Shown here: one piece after another, positions 11,355-24,030 of the stretch | How the letters are laid out: each line of letters opens with the position of its first letter | Position numbering within the stretch: the first letter of the stretch is position 1 | Origin: Octopus bimaculoides | Lineage: Eukaryota | Assembly (NCBI RefSeq): GCF_001194135.2 | Contig: NC_068991.1 | Span: forward strand, 40,574,481-40,638,480 | Direction of reading: 5' to 3' | DNA: 64,000 nt | Notes under the pieces: generated by a model | What the model saw: the letters and a program-made list of their open reading frames with translations, nothing else | What the model was told of the DNA's origin: nothing | The model's database searches: none | Position numbers and translations under genes: made by a program

Positions 11355-11570
11355 GTGTCGTTCTGTCTGTGTCCCCCACCACCGCTTGATACCTGGTGTT
11401 AGCGTGTTTACGTCCCCATAACTTAACAGTTCCACAAAAGAGTCTGATAGAATAAGTACCAGGCGTAAAAAAAAAAGTATTGGGGCCAATTCATTTGACT
11501 AAAATTCTTCAAGGTGGTGCCCCCAGCATGGCCACAGTCTAATAACTAAAACAAATAAAAGGTAAAGAGA
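11355..11570 (+). mobile_element. SINE body/3' part
   Basis: tgtttacgtccccataactta...gatagaataagtacc...cttcaaggtggtgccccagcatggccacagtc; sister copy at 32715-32925. Confidence 0.75.
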
Positions 11571-11819
11571 TTAAATATATAGTGTAGGAATTGTGTCTGC
11601 AAATAGATGCACGACTGCTACTGTTATATTGTTTGAGGTCCACTAGATTTTCATAATCCAGTCTGCCTTCTATACAGAGTAGTAGGGCTCCAAAGATCAT
11701 AATGGTGAAATGCATGTAGGAACTATTATATAAACATGTGTTTATCCTTATTTCTCATATATATATATATATATANNNNNNNNNNNNNNNNNNNNNNNNN
11801 NNNNNNNNNNTATATATAC

Positions 11820-13067
11820 ATCAGGTTGTCCAGAAAGTTCTGAGCTATTTCAGGATTTGTGTCTAAGCCCTTCATGCAACAATCTTAATCTTAGTATGAC
11901 TCATATTTCAGAATTATTTGCAGTATCACCTAAGTCCCACGTTAAAAATCAGCATATATTTTACTCCTTTCAGCCCTAATTACCATTTAAAATGGATAAC
12001 AAAAAGTTGCATATTCGCCACATAATGCTTTTCTTCAAAAAATGTTGTGAAAATGTATAAAATTATTTGTGGAGTTTATGGTGAAGATGCTGTAAATGAA
12101 TCAACTATTTGAAGATGGTTTGCAAAATTTAAACACTAGTTCAGCTTGGAAAATGACAATCACTGTGGCAGACCCTCAGCCTTAGATGACGATATTTTGA
12201 AGGTAACCATTGCAAAAAACTTGAATATTACAACTAGAGAACTTGCAGAGAAGTTGGAAATTTCCAAAAGTTCCATTCATGAATACTTAATGAAAATTGG
12301 GTATGTTTCTTGCTATAATGTTTGGGTACCTCACAAACTGTCAGAACAAAACTGCATGGACCAGTATTCCATTTGTGATATGCTTCTGAAACACAATGAA
12401 AATAAGCCTTTCCTGAAAGAACTGGTAACTGTACATGAAAAATGGATTGTTTATGATAATATAGTGAGAAAAAGATCTTGAAGATTGTGTGAGGATCCTT
12501 ACAAAGAATATTCATTCAAAAAAAGTCATGCTTTGTGCCTGGTAAGATTTCAAAGGCATTATTTACTAAGAGCTATTCCTACAAAATGAGATCATCAATT
12601 CTTATGTGTACTGCTGTCAGCTAGCAAATTTGAACCAAAAGATCAAGGAGTTGAGGCCAGTGCTCTCCAACAGGAAAGGAGTTGTATTCCACTAGGACAA
12701 TGCCTAACCACATCTGTCTTTGGTTACCCACACAAAGTCACATGAACTTGGGTGGAATCTCTTACCTCATCCACTGTACTCCCCTGACATTACGCCAACT
12801 AACTATCATTTGTTTTTGTCTCTGCAGAACTCCCCAAAAGGAAAATCATTTAATGATTTAGATGGTGTCAAAACCCACTTAGGTGACTTCTTTTCCTTAA
12901 AAGTAACTGAGTTTTATGCTGATGGAATATTTAAATTGCCTGCTAGGTGGACTAAGGCCATAGAAAACAATGGGAATTACTTCAATGAATAAAGATGAGA
13001 GTATGTTTAAAATTTCTTATAATTTATTGTGCTTAAAAAACGTTTAGAACTTTCTGGACAGCCTAAT
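11820..13067 (+). mobile_element. Mariner family B, full-length defective copy
   Basis: TIRs aggttgtccagaaagttct / agaactttctggacagcct + TA; motifs WVPHKL, HEKWIVYDN, YSPDITPTNYHLF; multiple stops. Confidence 0.92.
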
Positions 13068-13074
13068 ATAGCAA

Positions 13075-13270
13075 TATCAGAGCCTGATATAGACATATAG
13101 CAATATTGGAGCAATATCAAGAATAACCAGCCAAAGATAATCTGGATCTCGACTGAAGAGAGAAAACTCCGAATGACATGTCCGTGTTTTCTTTGTATCG
13201 TCTATCTGTATGTTTTGTCCTTTTTTTGTATCACCTAACTGTCTGGATGTTTTGCGTTCTTGTCCCATTC
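13075..13270 (+). mobile_element. Short Penelope-type 3'-end repeat with a degenerate hammerhead-like motif (13151-13183)
   Basis: gaCTGAAGA-GAG-AAAA-CTC-cGAA-tg-ACATGT-C: core, small stem II, palindromic ACATGT and GTC triplet, but the GAAA is disrupted. Confidence 0.4.
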
Positions 13271-13343
13271 TGTATTATTTATATATATATATATATGCAC
13301 ACGCATAGATGTGTTCAAACATGAGCGACAACATTTCATTTAA

Positions 13344-13557
13344 CCCTTTAGCATTCAGATTATTTTGTCAAATGTAATGCTTCTTTATTCACAGTTTTAA
13401 ATTCATCCTTGCATCAGCTCATAATTTCAAGATTTCAATGATGTGTTTATATATTTTTTGAATGGCATTGTAGGGGAGTTGTGAGAGGTCTAGCCAGTTT
13501 GGACATAAAACAAATAGAATATTTGGGCCAGATAGGGTCACTTTGAATGCTAAAGGG
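13344..13557. mobile_element. piggyBac-type MITE (214 bp), same family as 5868-6087
   Basis: TTAA|CCCTTTAGCATTC...GAATGCTAAAGGG|TTAA, perfect 13-bp TIR. Confidence 0.9.
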
Positions 13558-13899
13558 TTAAACATTATTGGTCTCTTAAAAAAAAAGAAAGAAAATTTGC
13601 GAAAATAAGGTAAAAAGGTGTTTCAGCGAAACATGATGTTAGGTAGTCCATCAGTGTCCAATGACAACAAAGTCTGTTCTCAGTGATGAGAGTGCATTGT
13701 GATTCCAAAGTCCAAAGCTGGAAGCACACAGGCACCCACAGGTGTCATAGCAATAGTCTGTTGACTGGGTTTAGGTAGATGCTACCCTGTGACATCTTTC
13801 TCTTGCAGCATTGAGACGCGGTCGCCAGTCTTCTTCATAGGCAGCTGCTGCTCATGAGGTAAGAGACCTCCACACTGATTTGTCCAGAATCCACAAGGC

Positions 13900-14345
13900 C
13901 AGCCAGGCACTTCGAAGAATGAAAAGGAAAGTCCTCCAGCAGAAAGGAATCAGACTACCGACAAAACTGTAGTTGTTTCTGCACTACACTATGGATATTA
14001 AACATGTACCCCATACTGTCAGCACATCAAACAGCTGGAACAGTTTCACATACGGGCACTGTGCAGGACCATGGGCATTCGCTGGTAGGACAGTGTGACA
14101 AACCAAGAAGTGCTGGACAGAGCTTGTTCAACAAGCTTTAAGCCAGTGTTGCTGAAGGCTCAATTACGCTGGACTGGCCATGTCATCAGAATGACTACCA
14201 ACCATGTACTCAGACAGCCGTTGTACAGCAAGCTCACACAGGGTTCACACATACAAGGAAGACTTAAACTGAGGTACAAAGACACTCTGACAAGAAACCT
14301 CAAATAGAGCAGAATTAGCCCATGTGAACTTGAAGCCTCTGCAGC
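13900..14345 (+). mobile_element. RTE-clade LINE 3' fragment
   Basis: LLKAQLRWTGHVIRM...LRQPLYSKL...GRLKLRYKDTLTRNLK. Confidence 0.8.
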
Positions 14346-15913
14346 AGACAGAAAATATTTTAGGTAAATTAGAAAATAGAAATATTTTTTTTAAATATGT
14401 GGAAATAAGCTTAAGACAGTTTACAACTGTCTAATAATTGTCTTGTGTTCTCTGTCTTAAGATACTCTATCTTTTGAGAAACTTGCAAAGTCAAAGTGAA
14501 AGTATTTTTTTTTAATCTAATGTACTTATTGACAAACTTGTGTAGTTGTTGCTTATTTACTGGTAATTCATTAATTCTATTCAAATTGATATTAGTTTGG
14601 GGACCAGCGGGGAGAATGTTTTGTGAGACCTATTATTGTATGTCACATTTTTGGATTACGAATGTCTTTGAGAAAAATTTTCTAAGTAAGAATGATGTTG
14701 CTTTGGGACACTACCTTGGAATGGATGGGATCTCCCCCTCTCATTAGAAATTCTCGTGGCCCCCCCTCTTGGATATCCAGCCCTCAGACTGATGTACTTG
14801 TTGGATCCTCACCCTTTATAAGCCCTTCTGATGGATGCAGGAATAGTCAAATGATCCAAAGTTTGATATTACTCTTCTACATCTTGGCAAACATAGCAGT
14901 GAGTTGTTCTAAGCTGTTTAAATGAACAGATTAGAACTTTATAGAAGCCTATTAGATGACTAAACTGTTGTGTTGTTTCACACTAGCCCCTGGTCCTTAG
15001 GCTCCTTTAATGGAGTCCACTCTGTTGCAAGCATTCAGACCAGGTCCTTGTTTTGAGGATAAAGAGTTGTGGTTTCTTCCTCCATAGTCATCACTACAAT
15101 TTCTTTAACCATAAAAAGGAAATAATTGTAATATATATAAATAAAAAGGTCATATTGTTCTTGACTTCAGCAAACTTTTTGACTGTCCATTTCAAAAATC
15201 CGCTTCAAAAGATACTTAACAGAACATTCCCCCAACAAAATGTGCTAATAGAATCCTCTCTAACTTTTATTTTACCAATTTAGATATGTGGGGCAAGGCA
15301 CAGTCATCTCTGTTTTCTTTATTTGCATCAACAATAATTTACTCTCCCCTCACACTCCACTCAGTGATCTAAGCTTTCAGTTTTTGACTAATTCAGTTGT
15401 CAAAGGTCACTAAATATCAATAAAGTAATCAGGCCTGATCCAAAATGCAACTGGAAACAATTTACTTTTGAGCCAGAACCTATACTCTCCAAACCTCTAT
15501 CTCTCTACAGAGATTTAAAAAATGGATGTATGCAATTGTATGTCTCCATCCTGTAATCAACCTAGTAATCTCCCATTCAACACATCTAAAATAATTGAAT
15601 CACTTGTAAACTATCCCTTCCTACACTACTTTAAATCTCTCTCCCCACCTCACTCACTCTCATTTAAAACTACCTCAAAGGGTTACATCAATTCAGATCC
15701 ATAAAAGACCATCCCATATATCTTAATGTAGCCTCTTTCTGTTGAGATCTTCAGCAAAAAAAAAAAGAGAAAGAAACAATGTTACTTTTGTTGAATGTGT
15801 GAATTTTGTTGTCCTATCTAATTATAATCCTTAAAAGAGTCAATGGTTTATTACTGTTTATATTAAAATAGTAAATTTCCTTGTGAATTTTCTTTACTTC
15901 TGTAGAATACCAA

Positions 15914-15949
15914 ATGGATCTCAGCAAGAAAGATGTATTAATCCAGTGG
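15914..15949 (+). CDS. NUMA1: NuMA-like coding exon 1 (MDLSKKDVLIQW)
   Basis: Acceptor ctttacttctgtag before 15906, ATG at 15914, donor TGG|gtgagt; phase 0. The exon ends after the conserved W of Hook/NuMA helix 1. Confidence 0.8.
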
Positions 15950-18900
15950 GTGAGTAAGATGTATGAGTATACTTATTTTAATCCCCATCTAGTGAAAAGT
16001 TGTATTAGCTTAGTAAGAATTCTAGGCTTAGTTTTCTTGTATTTCAAATATTCTTCTCTAAATGACACATGTTTCTGTTTCATATATTCTTCTTAAATAC
16101 ACCTTCTTACCTGTTTATCTACTTGGATGAGATATTGAATCGCTAAACTATACATGGTCATTTTTCCCCAAGCCTCACCCCACATTCCCTTCCCTGTTTT
16201 CAGAGTTGGCACTGTCAATGTAGGCACACTGAAAGGTAGGTCTAGTGATATTGTAGAGATGCTTGAAAGGAAACGGGTTGATGTATGCTGCACACAAGAG
16301 GTAAGATGGAGAGGAGCTTCAGCTAGGGTCCTCACAGGTAAGGCACATAGATATAAAGTCTTCTGGCAAGATAACATGGATGGAGTAGGAGGGTGTAGGC
16401 ATATTCCTTGCGAAGAAATGGGTGGATAAGGTCATAGAGGTTGTCAGGGTATGCGATAGTGCTTAAGCTCAAGTTAGTCCTGCAGAACAGCACAGCTACA
16501 ATTATCTCTGCCTACGCCCCACAAGCAGGGCTACCAAATGATCAGAAGGACCGTTTTTATGATACCCTTCTACAGGCTACCTCAAAGATGAGTGGCAATG
16601 ACCTCATCATTGTGGCTGGAGATTTTAATGGGCATGTTGGGCAGAAATCCGGTATCTTCACTAGTGTACATGATATTGGTTCCCAGAATGATGAGGGAAC
16701 TACGCTACTGCAGTTTTGTGATGCATGTAACCTTTTAATCTGCAACACTAAGTTCAGGAAGCTAAACAGCCACCTGATAACCTATCAATCAGGGGACTCT
16801 GCTAACCAGATTGATTTCATCCTCACCAGACAGCGGGATGCAGGGTTCCTCTTAATACAAAGACCCTCCCAGGTGAGGAATGCATCTCAATGTGCCCGTG
16901 AATTATCGTTGTTATTTGGTGTTAGCAAGCAAACAATATTGACTCACCTAATTCAAATCGGTGAAGTGAAAAAGTTGGATAAGTGGGTTCCATATGAACT
17001 CAATGAAAATCAGAAACAGCAACGTTTAGAAGCCTGCATTATGCTACCTTCTCATCATAAAAACGAATCATTTTTTTATCGAATTGTAACATTTGATGAG
17101 AAATGGATCCAATACAACAACTGTAAATGTTCAGCACAATGGTTGGACAAAGACGAGCCACCAAAACAGTCCAAAAAGCAAAATTCATCAAAAGAAGCTG
17201 ATGGTGTGTGTTTGGTGGTCTGACGTAGGTGTGATCCATTATGATTTCATTAAACCTGGCTCATCAATCATGGCCAAAGTATACTGCAGCCAACTGGTGT
17301 GATCCATTATGATTTCATTAAACCTGGCTCATCAATTACGGCCGAAGTATACTGCAGCCAACTGGACCATATGATGCAGAAACTTACCAAAAAACAGCTT
17401 AGATTAGTCAACAGATCCACTCCTATTTTATTGCAAGACAATGCCAGACCACACATTGCAAAAATGACATTGGCAAAACTACAGGAATTGGAGTTGGAAG
17501 TTCTACATCATCCACTATACTCACCAGATCTTGACCCCACTGACGACGACGACTTCCAGAATTTGGATAACATTTTGATAGGAAAAAAATTTAATTCTGA
17601 CGATGCTGTAAAACAGGCCTTCCAAGATTTTATTGACTCTATATTGCCAGGCTTTTACAGTTCCAGACTGGACAAACTACAGCCGAAATGGCAAAAGTGT
17701 ATTGGCAATATGGGTGCATGCTTTGATGAATAAAACTATTCCTTGTATTTATAAAACACTAGCAAACTTTTTTTTCTTTTCTACAAATTTCATACTTGAC
17801 GACCTAATATATTGTAAAAGGAAATCAGTCTCACGTATGTTATTAAAGTATTTTCTTTCATTCTTCCCTTCCAGTTGAACAAAATAAATCCTCACCTTGT
17901 CATAGAATCGCTCTCTGATTTGAGAGAAGGAGAGCAGTTTATTGCTTTATTGAACAAAATGTAAGTATATTTTGTTAACATAGTAGTTTGTATTATATAT
18001 TCATTTATGTGAACTGTGGGGATGAGATGAGCCAGAAGGAAAGGGTTGTGATGTCAATGGTCAAGGGGCCTGACTAGAACAGGAAGGGGAAGAGAGGAAG
18101 TGAGGGAAGCAAGACCAGGGTCATCCTCTTTTGGCTTGGTGCACTCACCATGAATGGATATCAGCAGAGTGAGCTAGCGGGATTGGTAATAGCAGCTGCT
18201 AACATTAGGTGCGATGGGTAGAGCACATGTTTTGGACTTAGTACAGTTGGACAGTCAACAACAAGTAGGTAGGTGAACTGTATCTTATTTCCCCACATTA
18301 CAATTCCCTCATACAGCAAGTTATTTCAGCACTTGTGTATAGATATATTTCTCCATTGTTGTTGTCCCCTTCCATGAGATGGCAGTAAAGTTAAGGATCA
18401 GCAGTGATGCTGTCAGACCTTTCTATGGTGAAGGAGATGTAGTGGCCTGGATCTGTAAGATCAAGGTAGTGGCCAGGCTACAAGGCATCAATGATGTAGC
18501 AGGTCTCATGGCCTTCTACCTGGAGGGAAGCACACTGGCACTGTACTTCGAGACGGATGAGGAAGATCAAGTGGCACTTGAGGAAAGTCTATATGGAGGA
18601 AACATACACCACATTTGCTAAGCTGGGAATGGTCAGGTGGACAGGGGAACAGGTCAATGAGTATGCCACGGAGGTTCAGAGACTGGCTATGCTATCTGGT
18701 TTTAGCAGAGAGGGTCTAGAGAAGGCAACACATCTGGCCTTCATAAATGGCTTTCCTGGTGACATTGGTGCAACTGCTGGGCAACAAGAAAATGGAGATG
18801 AGGGAGCTCATCACTCAAGCTCATGTGTCTACACAAAACACCAGGTAGAAGGCAGTGGTGATGGCAGCTGCAGAAGCCTGTGACGTAGTGCAACAACCGG

Positions 18901-21900
18901 TAAAGAACGAAGAGGAGAAAACTGCCATGAAGTGACAGTGACCATTCATGGGTGGGTGCTTCAAGTGTCAGGGACTGCACAGAGATGAAGCCCAGACCTG
19001 TTTGCTACTGGTGCAGGCAGGCTGGGCATATCACTCGAAATTGCAGCCAGGGAAAAGGCCACAGGGAAGTTGCTGCCTCTCAAACTTACCCTCGTGTGCA
19101 AGTAGAGATGCTTGTGCAGTTGCTGCTCGTAGTTGAAGTCTTGGTTGAGGAAAAGGTGTTCAAAGCCCTTGTGGATACGGGCTGCATGACGATTCTCATG
19201 ACCCTAAGGGTGACAACAAAAATGGAAGGGGACAAATAGTGTTTGGGCAGTCATTGCCAGCAAAATTGGATGTAAGGGTAGCAGTGCAGGGCATAACATT
19301 GGGGCGTTGGGCATTTGTGATTGACCATGTGGTAGACGGAATTGGCATGGTAATGGGGATGGACACAATCAGCCGCCTTGAAGGTGTCAGTGTTGGTGGA
19401 GACATGGTTTTATTTGGTGGTTCAGGGGCTTCATATGCCATGAATCTGCAACATGAGAGGGAGCAGAGCTCCACAAGGGAGTGTACTGCTTACATCAGTG
19501 AGGACAGAGATTTTCAGGTGGTGTTCAGTGGTCAGTGGTGGATGGTAGAGTGTTGCTGGAAAGGAGAGCCCCTGATGCTGAAGAACAGGCTGAGCTGCTA
19601 CCAGCATACCTTGAAAGGACATACCAAGAGTGAGTTTGAAGGAAAGGTAGAGAGGTGGATTAAGGAGGGTGTCCTTATCCTGTGGAAGGAGGAGGTGGTG
19701 AGCAGAGTACTACCACTAATGACAGTGGTGCAGCCAACAAAGGGCAAAGTCAGGCTGGTACTAGACTTTTGGAAGAGGAATGGCCACGTATTGTACCACA
19801 CAGGTGGTGAGGTGACTGACATCTGCGGTGAGATGTTGCATGAATGGAGACAGAGGACAAGGGTAGCGATGATTGTTGACTTGAAGTCAGCATATTTTCA
19901 GCTCCATGTGAGCAAGAAACTGTGACAGTATCAGCTGGTGCAATATAAGGGCCAGACATACTATTTGACTAGACTGGGTTTCAGGCTAAATTCTTTGCCG
20001 ATGATCATGGTGACAGTGCTCAAGTCTATCCTGGGAAAGGTAGACAGGATCAGAAGGGCCACCAATTCCAATATAGATGACATCTTGGTAGACGAGACTG
20101 TAGTTCCTGCCACAGAGGTTGTAAGTCATTTAAAGAAGTTTGGGCTGATTGTGAAGTCCTTGGAGTCGATGGTTGGAGGAGTTGCACTGGAGCTCAAGTT
20201 TCAAAGAGATAAAACAGGCCCATTAGTGTTTTGGAGGGGGAATGAGATCCCGGAACTGGGTACCAGCATCAGCAGGAGAGAACTAGTCTCAATGTTTGAA
20301 AGACTAGTGGGTCACTACCCAATCCCAAGGTGGTTGCAAATAGCATGCAACTACATCAAGAGACAAGCAGATGGGGCAAACTGGGGAGACAGTGGCAATG
20401 ATGTGGGAGATCCTAGAGAGGACAAGAGCAGAAGACCCAGTAAGAAGGAACTAGTGTGTGCCTAAATTGGAGAATGGAACTGTATGGTGTGATGCTAGCA
20501 GCATAGCGAGAAGGGTTTTACTGGAAATCAGAGGTGTCGATGTGGAGGATGCGACCTGGCTTAGAACAGATGATTACAACCATATCAACATGGTTGAGTT
20601 GGTGCTGAAGTGGGTGAATCTGACACTGAAATGGGGGCTGCACTCAATTAAAATCCAAACTGGATCGGTAGGATCATTGATCACTGGTGAAAAGAGTGTT
20701 TGAACCAAAGGGAGTTGCAGAGATGTTAGTAAAGCATTGCCTAGGGTTCTAGGAGAGCTGGCTGCCAAATTTTACTTGAAGCTGAAAGGAACAAGGCAGA
20801 CATTTTGATCAGGGTGAAAAGGTCTGGTTGGCAGAGCTGGAAGATTCGAAGCAGGGAATAGCTGCAGGATGTCGGTTAAGTAACTCGGAATTAAGGAGAC
20901 TTCATGCCATGCATCATATGGGCATGGGTAGAACCGTATATCTTGCCAAGAGGGTTGACACCAACGTTACTAGATAGAGCATCCAAAAGGTGGTCGGGAA
21001 CTGTGACAGGTGTCAATCCAGCGACCCTGCTCTGGGTGTGCATGAGCAGGGAATCATTTCAGTAGAGCACAACTGGAAATAATTGGCAGTGAGTGTGACA
21101 CACTACCGGCAGGGGACATATCTCTTGATGGTTGACTGTGGGCCAGGTTGGATGGCTATTTGGAGAGAAATGAAGACAGGCAGCACGGACAAGATTGCTT
21201 GTATCCTGAACAAGATATTCCTGGAGCGGGACCCTGTGATTGAATTACTGATAGACAACAGCATTGCATTTCGTTTGGAGATACTGTAAGAGATGCTTGA
21301 TAAGTGGAACATACGCTGCTTCTTCAGAGTGGCATACAGGCTGAGTGGAAATGGGATCATGGAAAGACATCAACAAACGAACAAGGTCATGGTGGAGAGG
21401 GAGCGCATCTCACCGCCGAAAGCAGTATTCAGGTGCAATATGTCACCCCAATCAAGACAGGCCAAAGAATCTGTGTCACACAGAGTGATATTCAGATATG
21501 AATGGCGACATCCAAGTAAGCCATCAGGATGCCCTGCAGAAGAGAGAAGGACTGTCTTCGTGAAGGTGGGAGATGAAGTCTGGGTCAAGCCCTGAAGGCA
21601 TGCTGCACATCTCAGTGGAAAAGAGGAACAGTGATGGCTGTTAATTCCAAAAATAACGTTTCTGTGGATGGAATACTGCATCATGTCTTGGATGTTCACA
21701 GAATTGTTGCTTCGCCGGAGGAGAGGAAGAGAACGAGGCTCCTTCCCTACAGAGATCACAGTGTGTGAGGCGTCCACCTGGGTGGATGGCAGATTTTGAC
21801 ATTGAGCAAAGTGTGGATGTGATCTTTGAGATAAAGGAGATGTGTGGGGATGAGATTTGCGAGAAAGGGCTGTGACATCAGCAGTCAATGGGCCTGATCA

Positions 21901-23999
21901 GTACAGAAAAGGGGAGAGAGGAAGTGAGGGAAGCAAGACCAGGGTCATCCTCTTTTGGCTTGACGCACTCACCATGAACGAACGTCATGGGATTGATAGT
22001 AGCAGCTGCTAACATTAGTGCAACAGGTAGGGCACATGTTTTGGACTTAGTATAGTTGGACAGCCAACAACAAGAATGTAGGTGGACCATATCTTATTTC
22101 CCTGCATTAGTTTCCACATACAACATGAACAGAATTACCATTTTTGAACAACATTTTATTTTATATACAAATTGTTTTACATCAATCTTTCCATAATCAC
22201 ATGAATGAGATTGTAACTTCTAACATTTAACTATTGCTAACTACATAGCTATGGAATGAGAGTGAAACTTATCAATCAAATATACAGAGTTATGTAACTT
22301 GCACAGAAGCAACCTGGTTTAAACACTGTTCTTAAGTAATCCAGTCCATCTGGAACCACTTACCATTAAATTATTGTAATTTAAAAATTTTGTTTTGTTA
22401 ACTTGTGATGCTGAGTCCTACTTCTCTTGTAGAACTAGAGAAGGCAATAGAAGACTCTGGGTCTTATTACAGGTTGTATATTATAGGTAATTCTGGTACC
22501 ACAATAATATATTCCATTTTTTACTCATTATGCATAGATATTCCGCTGTAGTTGGATGTCTTCTGTCATTAAAGGGAAGCCTTTGATGACGAGTAATTGG
22601 AGAAAGGGATTCAAAAAGAATGAAGGTCTGAGAAGGAGGAGGAATTTGAGAAAGTGAGTGTTTGGAATGAGATAATGGAATAATGCAATTTGGAAAGGAA
22701 ACTGATGAAAGAAAGATCAGAAATGGGTATTAGTGAGGTGGGAATAGGAAAGTAAATGTGCATATAGAGAGTACTCAACAAATTAGAGCATATACATCAA
22801 CACAGGTAACTGAGGAGGGAAACTAGAAAGAAAAGAAAGCACCATGATATCATAAAAATCAAATGAGTGGGAGGGTGAAAGGAACAAGAGTATTATCATA
22901 TTATGCAGGGATATGTAGAGGTGGTCAGGGAGAGAAGGTGTGATTGGCAATGACAGGTGGACATAGGTAGAGGTGGGTGATGAGTTAAATGTGAGAGTAG
23001 GTGAGGGGTGGCAATAGAGGTTATTCAGAGAAAAGAGAGTACTGGCAGACAACATAGCATGATTAAGTGTGTATTGTATAAGGGATGATGACAGTGGCCT
23101 AATGCAGTCTCCTGTATATAGGTTGGTGTTAGGAAGAGTAAGTAGGCAGAGTGATGAGGCTGGTGCAATGGTGGGGAAATGAGAAATGGAGTGCTATGAG
23201 TGATAATGAGAAGGTGATTGAACAATAGGTAGATGAGAAGGAGGTCAAGGATGTAACGCGAGGGGCAACAAATGCAAGCCTGGCAGGGTACAAATATTGC
23301 AGCCTCTAAACACTTCCTTTGAATAAGAGTACATGTTGCTGTTGATGGTCAGGTCTTTTGTAGCATTGTGTACCACCAATCAATACAGTTCTTTGTCATC
23401 TCCTTCGTGAGATGAAGTATCTTCAAATAAGCCTTCACTACTTTGTTCCAAGTCTTCTTTGATTTCCCTCTTCTGTAGGCTCCTCTAACTTGGATTGCTC
23501 AGCACTTTTCTATGTAGCAGTCATCTTCCATGCACATCACATGCCTACACCATTAGATTTCGATTATATCTGAATTTGTTGTGAAAAATGTTCTCGAAGA
23601 GTGGAGAGAGGAGTTTCAAAAAATTCACATGAGCCAGCTTTGTTTCTTCGTAACTTTCAGAAAACTGGGTATTTTTAAGTGAAAATTTTGACATATAACT
23701 TTCAGAGTGTGTAGATTGCAATTATATCAGAATTTAATATAGAAATAAAATTGGTGCGATAATACAATACTTACTGACACAACAAATTCCGATATAATTG
23801 TAATCTACACCATCTGAAGCGCATTCATAGAAAATTTCATTAAAAAATATCCATATTTCTGAGCCAAGAAATACGATGGAGCACATATGTGTAAATATGC
23901 TACAGCTAACTCTGGCTAGTTACTGTGTATCATTGCACATGCATTACTGGAGCTCCATAGTAAATGTGTATTACTTTAAAATATAATTGTAGATATATG

Positions 24000-24030
<31 letters not shown>

